From Candidatus Heimdallarchaeota archaeon (GTDB lineage Archaea; Asgardarchaeota; Heimdallarchaeia; Heimdallarchaeales; Heimdallarchaeaceae), in NCBI GenBank assembly GCA_019057375.1, contig DXJF01000097.1, positions 22,313-86,312 of the forward strand: 64,000 nucleotides of DNA, written 5' to 3'. The translations under genes were made by a program, and so were the position numbers. Below, one piece after another: positions 9,161 through 18,893 of the stretch. Below the pieces are notes generated by a model that worked only from the letters and a program-made list of their open reading frames with translations, did no database searches and was not told the DNA's origin. How positions within the stretch are numbered: the stretch's first letter is position 1; the number at the start of each line of letters is the position of its first letter.

Positions 9161-10972
9161 ATGCATTACGTCCCAGATACTTCAACAATAATCAATGGTC
9201 AGTTTCTAAAATATCTTGCTGAAAAAGAAGATATTGAATCAATCGTTCTTTCTCGTGTTGTAATAGCTGAAATTGAAAATATGGCAAATCAGGCTAAAAC
9301 AACCGGTATGACAGCTCTAGAAGAATTACAACGTATGCGCGATTTTTGTGCAAAACAAGGTATAGACATGATTATTGATGGTCAAAGACCAACCTATAAC
9401 CAAATCAGAGGAGCATCAATAGGTGAGTTGGATGCTCAAATTAGAGAATTGGCAGCTGAATATGATGCCATTCTAATAACTTCTGACCGTGTAATGGCAG
9501 AGATAGGAAAAGCTGAAGGATTAGCAGTTGCTTTCATGAAAGAGGAAACCAAAAGTTTGGGAAAGAAAGTTGAAGATTATTTTGATGAACAAACTATGTC
9601 TATTCATCTAAGAGAAAACAACTTACCTCTAGCAAAAAAAGGACTCCCTGGTAATTTTCAATTAGTACCTCTTCATGGAGAACCCATTCTAACTCGCGAG
9701 ACATTAGATGAACTAGCAAAAGACGTAATTGAAAGAGCATCTAGAGAAAAAGATAGTTTCATAGAATCTGACCGACATGGAACAACTGTAATCCAGTTGA
9801 AAAATACTAGAATTGTCATACTTCGACCACCCTTCAGTGATGCAATGGAAATTACTGCTGTTAGACCAATTGTAAAACTAACCTTAGGGGACTATAAAAT
9901 TGATTCAAAGCTCCTTGAAAGGATAGAAACACAAGCTGAAGGAATAATTATTGCAGGTCCACCTGGTGCTGGAAAAAGCACCTTTGCTACAGCAATGGCT
10001 GAATTCTATGCTGATAAAGATAAAATTGTTAAAACTTTTGAAAATCCAAGAGATCTCCAAGTGGACAACAGAATAACACAAATGTCCGGTTTTGAAGGAG
10101 ATATTTCTGCATCTGCAGATTTGGTTCTTTTAATGAGACCTGACTATGTAATTTATGATGAATTGCGAAGAACTAAGGATTTCGAAACTTATTCTGATTT
10201 ACGTTTAGCAGGAGTAGGGTTGCTTGGGGTTGTTCATGCTACTCAAGCTATAGATGGTCTTCAAAGATTTATCAAGAGAGTTGATTTGGGTATTATCCCA
10301 TCAATTGTCGACACAATTATCTTCATTTCTGAAGGGAAAATATCAAAAATTTATACGCTTGAGCTTACAGTAACAATGCCAAAAGGACTTACTGAACGTG
10401 ATTTAAGTCGTCCTGTAATCAAAGTTAAAGATTTCCACACAAATAAGGATGAATATGAAATTTATACATTTGGAGAACAAATTGTTGTTTCACCTCTCAA
10501 GAAACTAAGTATGAAACACTCTAAAACAGGTAAAACAATCACAGTTAGTTCAGCTCAAATACAAAAGGTTCTCAAGCAACATTCTGTTTATGATTTTACC
10601 TATGACTTTGATCCTCCTAATTCTCTTACCCTATTTGTTTCCAATAAAGATAAACCCCGTGTAATTGGTAAGGATGGGCGTAATATCGATGAAATAGAAC
10701 AGAAATTGGGCTTATCAATTACTGTAAAATCATTTAACGAGCAAGAAGAAATGGAATTTGTCATTGATTTGTATCCGTCTAAGGGTAAACTTAATCTTGT
10801 GTTTCCTAGTGTTTGTATAGGTAAAGATGTTATTCTAACAGTAAATGGATCACCCTTGACTCAATTAACAGTTGGTAAAACTAGTGAAATAAGTGTTGCT
10901 AAAAATACAGAAATTGGTAAAATGCTCATGGAAGCTCATCATAAGGGAGATACTATTACAGCTTTATTGTAA
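9161..10972 (+). CDS. PINA: PIN domain + P-loop ATPase + KH domain
   Basis: VPDTS PIN, GPPGAGKST, RPDYVIYDE, VIGKDG KH motif. Confidence 0.92.
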   Translation: MHYVPDTSTIINGQFLKYLAEKEDIESIVLSRVVIAEIENMANQAKTTGMTALEELQRMRDFCAKQGIDMIIDGQRPTYNQIRGASIGELDAQIRELAAEYDAILITSDRVMAEIGKAEGLAVAFMKEETKSLGKKVEDYFDEQTMSIHLRENNLPLAKKGLPGNFQLVPLHGEPILTRETLDELAKDVIERASREKDSFIESDRHGTTVIQLKNTRIVILRPPFSDAMEITAVRPIVKLTLGDYKIDSKLLERIETQAEGIIIAGPPGAGKSTFATAMAEFYADKDKIVKTFENPRDLQVDNRITQMSGFEGDISASADLVLLMRPDYVIYDELRRTKDFETYSDLRLAGVGLLGVVHATQAIDGLQRFIKRVDLGIIPSIVDTIIFISEGKISKIYTLELTVTMPKGLTERDLSRPVIKVKDFHTNKDEYEIYTFGEQIVVSPLKKLSMKHSKTGKTITVSSAQIQKVLKQHSVYDFTYDFDPPNSLTLFVSNKDKPRVIGKDGRNIDEIEQKLGLSITVKSFNEQEEMEFVIDLYPSKGKLNLVFPSVCIGKDVILTVNGSPLTQLTVGKTSEISVAKNTEIGKMLMEAHHKGDTITALL

Positions 10973-10973
10973 G

Positions 10974-11693
10974 CTATGAATCCCTCTTTATCAACTTTGC
11001 ATTATTTTTTTTACCAATAATGATTTTATCTGCATCAGAAGGAAATAATCCATTTTCAATGATTCCAGCAATGTTATTCAGTTTCATCTCCATGTCAAAC
11101 GGATCATATTCTTCTTTGAAGGTTATGTCTCCTATTATATTACCATTGTCCGTTATAACAGGTCCCTTCTTTCCTGAACCATATCGAAGTTGAAGTTCTC
11201 CTCCTAGATTGAATATAGGTTGAAGTACTGTTATGATTGCTTGTTTTATGATTTCTACAGGAACGGGATAACTTAGCAGATCTCTTGGATATTTTGAGCT
11301 ATCTGCAATTACTAAGAATTCTTGAGAAGCTCTTGCCATTATTTTTTCCATTGTTAAAGCTCCACCGCCTCCCTTGATCATAATAAAATCTTTAGTAATA
11401 ATGTCTGCACCATCTACATAGATGTTTATCTCAGGATATTCAAGTAAAGTTGAAACAGGTAATCCCGCTTTAACCAATTCAAGATGAGTTTCTGCAGAAG
11501 ATGGGATAGTGATTATTTCCAATTCGTTTTTATCAACAAGCTCTCCTAATTGTTGAATAAAGTGTTTAACTGTTGAACCTGTTCCTACTCCTACAACAAA
11601 TCCATCATAAATGAATTCTTTCGCTGCTTTTTGGGCAGCAAAAAATTTAGATTTTTCTTGTTCTGAGAGCTTCGAATCTTTTGAATTCATCAT
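10974..11693 (-). CDS. rpiA: Ribose-5-phosphate isomerase A
   Basis: GVGTGST, DGAD, KGGGGALTMEK, ITDNGN. Confidence 0.96.
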   Translation of the reverse strand: MMNSKDSKLSEQEKSKFFAAQKAAKEFIYDGFVVGVGTGSTVKHFIQQLGELVDKNELEIITIPSSAETHLELVKAGLPVSTLLEYPEINIYVDGADIITKDFIMIKGGGGALTMEKIMARASQEFLVIADSSKYPRDLLSYPVPVEIIKQAIITVLQPIFNLGGELQLRYGSGKKGPVITDNGNIIGDITFKEEYDPFDMEMKLNNIAGIIENGLFPSDADKIIIGKKNNAKLIKRDS

Positions 11694-11852
11694 TAAGTCA
11701 CTTCAAGTTGATCAGAATTGAAAACAATTTAGTTAGACCAAATTAAAACTTTTTTACTATCATTAGTTTTGTAAAATAAAAATAAGAGGAGTAGAAAATA
11801 TTTTTATTTTCATTCCTTTTCAGACGAGGATTTTACCATCATGAAGCAAATT

Positions 11853-12764
11853 TTATTGCTGTTCACTCATGAACTTCTTTAGTCTGTCTAATTCTTTTAA
11901 CATCTCTTTTCGAAGAGCAGCTATTGATGTACTCTTAGCAAACAAATCCCCTTCTCCTTCTCCTCCTGCTGGAACAGCTGCTGAAGGTGCTGTTACACCT
12001 GGTGGTTTTGGAGTTGGAACAGTTGGTGCTGGAATTGAAGGTGTTGTGGCTGGTGCACCAGTTGGTATTGGTGTTGGCATTGGTGGACTTGGAATTGCTG
12101 TAGGTGGTGGTGTTTTACCCACACTTGGAGGTGGTGGGGGTGCTGGTTTTCCAGTTACTGGAGGTGCAGCTGGTGAAGGTGGTGCTGTAGGTGTTGCAAC
12201 GGCTTTACCTTTTCTCCTCTTTTTTGGAGGTTTAACGGGTTTAACGGCTACTGGAGGAGCTGGAGGTGCAGTTGCTGGGATTGCTGAAGGAACATCTATT
12301 TTCTCTTCACCCTTTATTTTACTCAAATAATCTCCCTGCATCTTCTTTAGTTCCTCTTCAAGTTGAGAAACTTCAGCTTCTCTTGCTGTCTTTTCAATCT
12401 CATCTTCAATTTTCTTAACATCAGATGAGTATCTTACTGATAGTCTACCGAATACCGATTCACTGATTTCCTTCTTTCTATGGCCATTAGACAAAGCTTG
12501 TTGTGCAGCCTCGAACTTTACTTTTTCAATTTTAAGAATAGCAATACGTTCTGAAGGAGGAATATCTGAAGGAGTAGGTAGATCTGAATCCATATCTAAA
12601 TCAAGGAGAGAAGGGGCTTCTTTCTTTCGGTATACTCTTGTTGTAATGAACACTATAAGTGCACTTAGAAATGTGAAAATAACTAAAAGGTAAATTAGCA
12701 TCTTCACTCCTGGATCAGTTAAACTTGCTGGTGGTAAATTCTCAAACCAATCTATAAGCGACAT
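11853..12764 (-). CDS. Membrane-anchored protein with coiled coil, basic patch, proline-rich linker and conserved-looking C-terminal helix
   Basis: One TM helix near N-terminus; KPPKKRRKGK; PPAPP/PPPPP runs; C-terminal STSIAALRKEMLKELDRLKKF. Confidence 0.75.
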   Translation of the reverse strand: MSLIDWFENLPPASLTDPGVKMLIYLLVIFTFLSALIVFITTRVYRKKEAPSLLDLDMDSDLPTPSDIPPSERIAILKIEKVKFEAAQQALSNGHRKKEISESVFGRLSVRYSSDVKKIEDEIEKTAREAEVSQLEEELKKMQGDYLSKIKGEEKIDVPSAIPATAPPAPPVAVKPVKPPKKRRKGKAVATPTAPPSPAAPPVTGKPAPPPPPSVGKTPPPTAIPSPPMPTPIPTGAPATTPSIPAPTVPTPKPPGVTAPSAAVPAGGEGEGDLFAKSTSIAALRKEMLKELDRLKKFMSEQQ

Positions 12765-12940
12765 ATCCTTGCCTCTGAATTAATGTTGTTATAACACTTT
12801 TATTTGTTTCTCTGTCTATTAAGTTATTAGATTAAGTTAATAAACTCTATCAAAGTGTCCAATTAAAAAAGAAGATAATATCTCGAAAATATTGTCCTTC
12901 TATGTGAACATCTCTGCATCTTTTTCCATAAACAACTGTT

Positions 12941-13591
12941 TTACTGCTTTTTAGCTTCCAGTATTGCTTTTACTCGTTTTAATCTCGAAAATGTTTCTCT
13001 TTCTTGTTCTTCAAGAGTACTTGCTATGAATTTTGCTGTTGCACGTAATTTTGGAATTAAAATATAGTTCAGAGCATTAACTCTTCTCTTAGTTTTATTA
13101 ATCTCAACAGCTAGTTTTTCAAGTAAAGTCATCTTCTCGGCTATAACCATTAGTGTTTTCAATGACTTGCGAAAATAAACTATTGATCTATCTAGTTGTG
13201 CACTCGAACTAGTTAGACCATAAAATACATCTTCTCCTTCCTTCTGAATTTCATTAACAATAAACCTAGGCGATCTAACACCCATGATACTAACGGTTTG
13301 GGGAGTGATTTCTAAAACAGCGGGTGCATATTGAGCAAGATCTCTAATTTTGTCTGGACCTACAATCATCTCAGCTTTAGCAAGAGATTGATACGCTATC
13401 CTTAGTTCTTTTTCTACTTTTTTTCTTGCTTCTCTTACTTCATCTTTGATGGCATATAATTCAATAACTAGTGCATCCATCTTCTCCTTGAGAAGATCAT
13501 GTCCTTTTTGAGCAAGCCTAATTCGAGACCTAGTATTAAGAAGCTCCATTCTTGTTGCACTAATTGTACCAAATTCTGGTGTTGCCATCAA
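12941..13591 (-). CDS. atpD: A/V-type ATP synthase subunit D
   Basis: ATRMEL, GHDLLKEK, TKRRVNAL, LEEQERE.F.RLK. Confidence 0.96.
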   Translation of the reverse strand: MMATPEFGTISATRMELLNTRSRIRLAQKGHDLLKEKMDALVIELYAIKDEVREARKKVEKELRIAYQSLAKAEMIVGPDKIRDLAQYAPAVLEITPQTVSIMGVRSPRFIVNEIQKEGEDVFYGLTSSSAQLDRSIVYFRKSLKTLMVIAEKMTLLEKLAVEINKTKRRVNALNYILIPKLRATAKFIASTLEEQERETFSRLKRVKAILEAKKQ

Positions 13592-13749
13592 CGAAAAGAA
13601 TATCAGTTAAGTTAAATAGTTTTTGTTCTGTAGACAGGCTCTAAATTTGCTTGTAAGTGCAGTTTTTAGCATAATCATAACTATGTTAAGAATGGAAAGA
13701 TATTTTACTCGATACTATTTCCATTATTAAAAGACATATGTGACACTGA

Positions 13750-14352
13750 ATGACATTAGACATCTACGATAGAATAAAGGATACCGAAGAGATAGTTTTT
13801 CCAGGAACCCGTTTAGCAGTTACAGAGGAATTTATAGGTGGGCAAGGTACATATTCGGAAGGTAACCATATCTATGCTGCTGTAGCAGGAAAAGTTAACA
13901 TAAATATTGAAAAACATGAAATATCAGTTATGCCAAAAGCAAAAACTGCGGTTATTCCTAAAAACGGTGACATAGTAATCGGTGGAGTTGTAAATGCTTC
14001 TCGTCAAATGATAACTGTATCTGTGAATTATGTCAATAACAAGGAAGCTTATCCAACTTATACGATGGTTATCCATGTTTCTCAAATCTCAAGAGAATAT
14101 TTGGATACAGTAGATGAAGCGGTGCGTTTGGCTGATATTGTTAGAGCCAAAGTAATTGATGATAAGACCATTCCCTTGCAAGGATCTTTAATAGGTTCGC
14201 AACTTGGAGTTATATTAGCCGGTTGTTCAAGATGTGGGGGGAAATTGGAGAAGATAGGGAGAGACAAATTAAAATGTTCTGAATGCTCTTATTTTGAAAA
14301 AAGAACAACCACCATTGATTATGGAAGTGGAAAATTAGCATTCAAAACATAA
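13750..14352 (+). CDS. csl4: Exosome complex component Csl4
   Basis: VFPG..L...EEF..G.GTY, S1 domain (GDIV), C-terminal Zn ribbon (CSRC...CSEC...E.R). Confidence 0.92.
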   Translation: MTLDIYDRIKDTEEIVFPGTRLAVTEEFIGGQGTYSEGNHIYAAVAGKVNINIEKHEISVMPKAKTAVIPKNGDIVIGGVVNASRQMITVSVNYVNNKEAYPTYTMVIHVSQISREYLDTVDEAVRLADIVRAKVIDDKTIPLQGSLIGSQLGVILAGCSRCGGKLEKIGRDKLKCSECSYFEKRTTTIDYGSGKLAFKT

Positions 14353-14371
14353 ACTAATTTTCATTACTGGG

Positions 14372-15073
14372 TTGGTGATTAGTTTGGCAAAAACAACCAA
14401 GAAAGAGATATATGTTAGTATTGTAAAAAAAGATTTGTTAGAATATTTCCTGGAATTGCTCTCAGATTCCTTACGTTATGTGGAGTTTGTTTTTACACAT
14501 AGAAAAGGAAAATCCAAAATATCTTTGTATGGAGAAAGGGCAATAGTAAATCAATCTGCTATTAAAGTTAAAGTTCTTGCGAAAATGTTTAATCAATCTG
14601 CAGTTCTCAATACTGATGGTTATTATGTTCATAATCTGAAACTTATACAACAAATTGGATCAAAAATCATCTCTTTACAAAGCATAAGTACAGTCTTAAA
14701 TCATTTGGAAATTCCTTCATCAGTAAAGGATCAAAATTTGATTACAAAAGCAAGTATGCAAGAAGTACAGAAGATTTTGTCGTCAATGCATGAATTAATT
14801 CAAGAAACTCCTTTAAATGTTAGAACACAGATAATGAAGAGAATTTTAGCTACAGTTAGTTACTGTACAGATCTTTCACCCTCTTTTATTCTTGATAAAG
14901 GGTTAGAAATGGAATATTTCAAGAAGCAGAAAAACACTATCTCAGTAAACTACAATCCTGAGAAATGCATCACGGAGCTGATAGAGAAATTGTCTGGAGA
15001 TTCCGCACAAACTGAGTATCTGGAATCTAGGGATAAAGATGCAGAGATTGAGAAGATTTTATTTAGAGAATAA
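14372..15073 (+). CDS. Hypothetical protein, possibly DUF2067 family
   Basis: Long ORF between csl4 and rpoL, the position where this family is usually found. Confidence 0.4.
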   Translation: MVISLAKTTKKEIYVSIVKKDLLEYFLELLSDSLRYVEFVFTHRKGKSKISLYGERAIVNQSAIKVKVLAKMFNQSAVLNTDGYYVHNLKLIQQIGSKIISLQSISTVLNHLEIPSSVKDQNLITKASMQEVQKILSSMHELIQETPLNVRTQIMKRILATVSYCTDLSPSFILDKGLEMEYFKKQKNTISVNYNPEKCITELIEKLSGDSAQTEYLESRDKDAEIEKILFRE

Positions 15074-15135
15074 AAACAGTCTAGACTGGTAAAATATTTA
15101 AATCAAGTATTAAAACAAACATCAGAGGCAATGAA

Positions 15136-15420
15136 ATGCTGATTAACATTCTAAAAAAAGAACAGGGTTACATAAAATTTAGTATCAAAGCTACAGACCC
15201 CCACACTTTATTCAATCTATTACGTGAAGAGCTACTAAAAGATGCAGAAGTGGATTTTGCTGGTTATTGGCGCGATGAATCTTTCTATGAATCAGTCGTT
15301 TTTCAAGTAAAAATGAATAAGAAAACTGCGGATCCTATTGTTTCTATAAATTCTGCATTAAGCAGATTAGAAAAACAATCGAAGGAATTTGTCGATTTAT
15401 GCAAAGCAAAAATTGAGTGA
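15136..15420 (+). CDS. rpoL: RNA polymerase subunit Rpo11 (L)
   Basis: HTLFNLLREEL...V.FAGY motif. Confidence 0.88.
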   Translation: MLINILKKEQGYIKFSIKATDPHTLFNLLREELLKDAEVDFAGYWRDESFYESVVFQVKMNKKTADPIVSINSALSRLEKQSKEFVDLCKAKIE

Positions 15421-15432
15421 GGAAGTAGTCTT

Positions 15433-15852
15433 ATGGACTCACCCTTCGAATTTACTCCAAATTTAAATGAACTTCTTTTGAATAATAAACTAGCTAAATT
15501 CGGAGATTCTATTGTGAATTTCATTTACAATGCAGCTGTATACAAAGCTACTAAAGAATTGGAAGGGGTAAAAGTTTGGGATCAATGTCTTGCACAAGCA
15601 TGCAGAGATTCTCCTTTAAGGAAGTATGTGGGTTCAAGGAAAAATGCTGGGGATTTAGGTGATGCTGTAGAAGCATTTATTGCCTTTATCTATCTAAGAA
15701 ATCCAATCAATATTACTGAAATGATTTCAATTTTAACAAAAAGCATAACAATAAACAAGCATTTACTAGAACTTAATGAAAAAGAATTATGTTCAAAAGC
15801 TTTTACAGTTTTACTAGATGAATTATGTAAAAATCTTGGAATAAGAGAGTAA
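15433..15852 (+). CDS. Ribonuclease III-like domain protein (archaeal DUF3198-type)
   Basis: LAKFGDSIVNF and GDAVEAFIA motifs. Confidence 0.75.
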   Translation: MDSPFEFTPNLNELLLNNKLAKFGDSIVNFIYNAAVYKATKELEGVKVWDQCLAQACRDSPLRKYVGSRKNAGDLGDAVEAFIAFIYLRNPINITEMISILTKSITINKHLLELNEKELCSKAFTVLLDELCKNLGIRE

Positions 15853-15862
15853 TTTACTGTTT

Positions 15863-16444
15863 TCATAAAAGATAATCTTTGAAACTCTGCCCTATTATGT
15901 CTGCTAATCTGAGACTTTCAGGAACACAACTTGAGTAAGTTGTTATTTGAAGCAGATTTTTCACTTCATCAATATTTCTAAACCCCAAATATTGTACATA
16001 TATTTTACACTCTCTTCCGCTTTGATTTATGAATTCAATCTTCTCTAGATTTGGGTTAGACATTAGAATTTCGAGACGCTTTTCCCAATCAGGGAGATGA
16101 GATAGTGCCTTCTTAACTTCTGCATCATTAGGAGGATTGTGTAATATTGATATGATTGGTATAGTTGTTTTTTGGAAGATATCTTCCATGTTAATAACAT
16201 TGAATGCAGCAATAGTTGCGCTTCCTAAAACTACAGCTTTTACCTGATTTAGGAACTTGCTTTGCTTTATCATAGTAACGATTCTCTCTGTCGCATCCAA
16301 ACCATCAACTGTTATTTCTGTTCTTAAAATACCTTCAACTAGATTATTTCCTCTTACTACAACACCAAAAACAAAGCATTTCAAGGACTTTTCTCTACTA
16401 AAAGCTGCATCATCAATACCTATTGTTCTAATATATTTCTTCAC
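15863..16444 (-). CDS. DUF99 / endonuclease V-like family protein
   Basis: IGIDDAAF, VDGLDAT, VPESLRLA. Confidence 0.88.
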   Translation of the reverse strand: MKKYIRTIGIDDAAFSREKSLKCFVFGVVVRGNNLVEGILRTEITVDGLDATERIVTMIKQSKFLNQVKAVVLGSATIAAFNVINMEDIFQKTTIPIISILHNPPNDAEVKKALSHLPDWEKRLEILMSNPNLEKIEFINQSGRECKIYVQYLGFRNIDEVKNLLQITTYSSCVPESLRLADIIGQSFKDYLL

Positions 16445-16532
16445 AGCTTACTTTCTAATGCTATTTATTTAAATTACTACTGATTTCTGTGATAAGAAAG
16501 TAACTTTTTAAATAAAGAGTATAGAGAGATTA

Positions 16533-17339
16533 ATGGTTTATATGAGTAGAAGAAACCTTCCAGAATATGGTGATTTGGTAATTGGTACAGTTAAGAGCAT
16601 TTTCGATCATGGAGTATATGTTGATCTTGACGAGTACGAAGATTTACAAGCATATTGTCATGTTTCTGAAGTTAGTTCCACTTGGGTGAGGAACATTCGA
16701 AATGTTATGAGGTTGGGTAAGAAAGTTGTAGGAAGGGTTATGCGAGTCAAAGAAAATCAGATTGACATTAGCGTAAAAAGAGTTTCTGATGGATTAAAAA
16801 GAAAGAAAGTTGAAGAAACTAAAAGATATAAAACTGCTCTAACACTTCTGGAGATGAGTGCTAAAAAAAGGAAGATTAGCTTCGAAACAGCTCGAGCTGA
16901 AGTTGAAGATTTATGTACTGAATATTATGGAAGCTTCTACCAAGCATTTGAAGAATCATTATTCAGTGGAGAGAGCATTTTTACTGATGCAAGTGTATCT
17001 GAGGAGTGGGCTCAAGTGTTAACTGATATTGCAAAAACGAATTTAACTATACCTAAAGTAGAGATTTCAAGAGATCTTGAGATAATTTGCTGGGAAGGTA
17101 ATGGAGTTAATTCAATTAGAGATGCTCTTAAAAAGGCAAGCAAATCTAGAGAAGAGATTGACGCAGGAGACGAAGAGCTCAATATGAACGTATATGTAAG
17201 AGGGGCGCCCATATATAGATTCGTTATCTCAGCAAGAGATTATGAGTTAGCAGAAGAGTTAATGTCTAAAGTAGTCGCTACAATTGAGGATTCCCTGTCT
17301 ACAGTCAAGGCTTCTGTTAAGGTTGTTGAATCAAAGTAA
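16533..17339 (+). CDS. eif2a: Translation initiation factor 2 alpha subunit
   Basis: PEYGDLVIGTV S1 domain, SEVS..WV.NI, IDISVKRV, GAPIYR. Confidence 0.95.
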   Translation: MVYMSRRNLPEYGDLVIGTVKSIFDHGVYVDLDEYEDLQAYCHVSEVSSTWVRNIRNVMRLGKKVVGRVMRVKENQIDISVKRVSDGLKRKKVEETKRYKTALTLLEMSAKKRKISFETARAEVEDLCTEYYGSFYQAFEESLFSGESIFTDASVSEEWAQVLTDIAKTNLTIPKVEISRDLEIICWEGNGVNSIRDALKKASKSREEIDAGDEELNMNVYVRGAPIYRFVISARDYELAEELMSKVVATIEDSLSTVKASVKVVESK

Positions 17340-17351
17340 AGGGAGATTTTA

Positions 17352-17528
17352 ATGACCAAATCTATCTTTTTCTGTTCTAAATGCAAAGCCTATACCCTGA
17401 ATGATAAAACATGTCCAATTTGTGAAGGTAGAGTTGTTTCTCCTCAACCTGCTCGTTTTTCCATAGAGAAAGAAAAAAAGTATTCAATTTATAGAAGAAA
17501 ATTACTAAAAGAAGAAATGGAAAATTAG
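17352..17528 (+). CDS. nop10: H/ACA RNP protein Nop10 (58 aa, absent from ORF track)
   Basis: Manual translation MTKSIFFCSKCKAYTLNDKTCPICEGRVVSPQPARFS...YSIYRR; follows eif2a. Confidence 0.92.
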   Translation: MTKSIFFCSKCKAYTLNDKTCPICEGRVVSPQPARFSIEKEKKYSIYRRKLLKEEMEN

Positions 17529-17535
17529 TTTTTCA

Positions 17536-18144
17536 TTATTTGCATTGTAATATTGCTACCTCTATAATATGCTGTTTTTTTGTGTGAAAGCTGTAAATTT
17601 TAGGTATTTCAAACTCTGCTTTTATCATTTCCTTTACTTCTTTGTTGTGATTTTTCACGAAACTCTTCAGGAAAATGATATTTCTTTCTTGATGAAGATG
17701 AATAGAATAAGATACCATAGAAGCTTTTAGAGCTGAATGTAAAAACTCTTGATCTTTAATCTCTCCTTGAATACCAAAAGGACTATTCATAAAAACTGTA
17801 TCAAACTTTCTCTCAGTAGTTCTTACATCTTCTTCTAAGAATTCTACATCTACTTCCAATTTAGCTGCATTTTGTCTTGCAATTTCTAAAGCTTCTTGAT
17901 CAATTTCTAATCCAATAACCTTTTTTGCACCAAGTTGTTTAGCACCAATTCCAAACATACCTGTTCCGCAACAAAAGTCTCCTATAACTTTATTTGTAAT
18001 ATGTCCTAGTTGATAAGCTCTCCAGAGAATCATTGCTGCTATACGTGGTGGGGTTTGATATTGCTCTAGTTTTAGATTAGGTTTTTGAAATGTTTGAACT
18101 TGTGAAAGTAGCATCTCAATGTCTTTTTGCCTCACCTTTACCAT
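17536..18144 (-). CDS. METTL5 family methyltransferase
   Basis: LEQYQTP, D.CCGTG..G.GA, NSPFG. Confidence 0.9.
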   Translation of the reverse strand: MVKVRQKDIEMLLSQVQTFQKPNLKLEQYQTPPRIAAMILWRAYQLGHITNKVIGDFCCGTGMFGIGAKQLGAKKVIGLEIDQEALEIARQNAAKLEVDVEFLEEDVRTTERKFDTVFMNSPFGIQGEIKDQEFLHSALKASMVSYSIHLHQERNIIFLKSFVKNHNKEVKEMIKAEFEIPKIYSFHTKKQHIIEVAILQCK

Positions 18145-18893
18145 CCCCTCCCTGATTTTTTCAACTGATGAAGAATAGTTTTGAAAATACCAATTAATGA
18201 ATGAATCTCTTCACTCGTAGGGAAGCTTCTATTAACAACAGTTGTAAAACTATGAAAAGCAATAGGTTTTCTGTACTCTTCGTACGGTAGGAAATCAACT
18301 AAATCTTCAACTAAATCAAATAAGATTTTTCTTTCAATACTAGTTGAAATCCTCTCTTCTGAAATCCTTTTTTCAGTTTGTGATAATTCCTTCCATATTT
18401 CATATAGTATAATTGCAACAGCTTGGGAGATATTCAAAACTCTATGATCTCCAGGTATAGGAATATTTACTAAAATATCACATAATTGTAATTCCTCGTT
18501 TGACAACCCCCTATCTTCTCTTCCAAAAATTATACCCATGTTTCCTTGAGATACGTTTTGAATCTCACTTAAATTCCAAGGAAAAGAAGGCTGTCTATAT
18601 ACGTTGTAGTTCAATCCTGCCTTTGCTGAAGTTCCTATTAGAAGTGAATATTTTTCCTTTATTTCTTTTATAGAATTGACCACTTCAGCCTCCTCCAAGT
18701 ATTTTAATGAGTGCTTAGCCCTCTTTCTAGCTTCCTCATCAAGATGATTAACTTGAGGTGCAACTAAAACCAATCTATTAATTGCAAAGTTGTTACACAA
18801 TCTAGCAATTGCACCAATATTCCCCTCAATTTTGGGTTCTACCAAGATAACATCTTGCTTAATCTTTATTTCATAATTTGTCATTTCTTTCAC
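18138..18893 (-). CDS. trmJ: TrmJ/TrmH family tRNA C/U32 2'-O-methyltransferase
   Basis: LVEPKIEGNIGAIAR, FGREDRGLSNEEL, LNISQAV. Confidence 0.9.
   Translation of the reverse strand: MKEMTNYEIKIKQDVILVEPKIEGNIGAIARLCNNFAINRLVLVAPQVNHLDEEARKRAKHSLKYLEEAEVVNSIKEIKEKYSLLIGTSAKAGLNYNVYRQPSFPWNLSEIQNVSQGNMGIIFGREDRGLSNEELQLCDILVNIPIPGDHRVLNISQAVAIILYEIWKELSQTEKRISEERISTSIERKILFDLVEDLVDFLPYEEYRKPIAFHSFTTVVNRSFPTSEEIHSLIGIFKTILHQLKKSGRGW

Noticed and set aside
11869-12330. Gly-rich 153-aa plus-strand ORF
   Set aside because: Antisense shadow of the Pro-rich gene; CCN codons read as GGN on the other strand.
3463-12866. Shared 15-mer TTAA(C/T)TGGACA(A/C)TTT upstream of atpH (3463-77) and of the Pro-rich gene (12852-66, minus strand)
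   Set aside because: 13/15 match in AT-rich DNA at different distances from the start codons; not distinguishable from chance.
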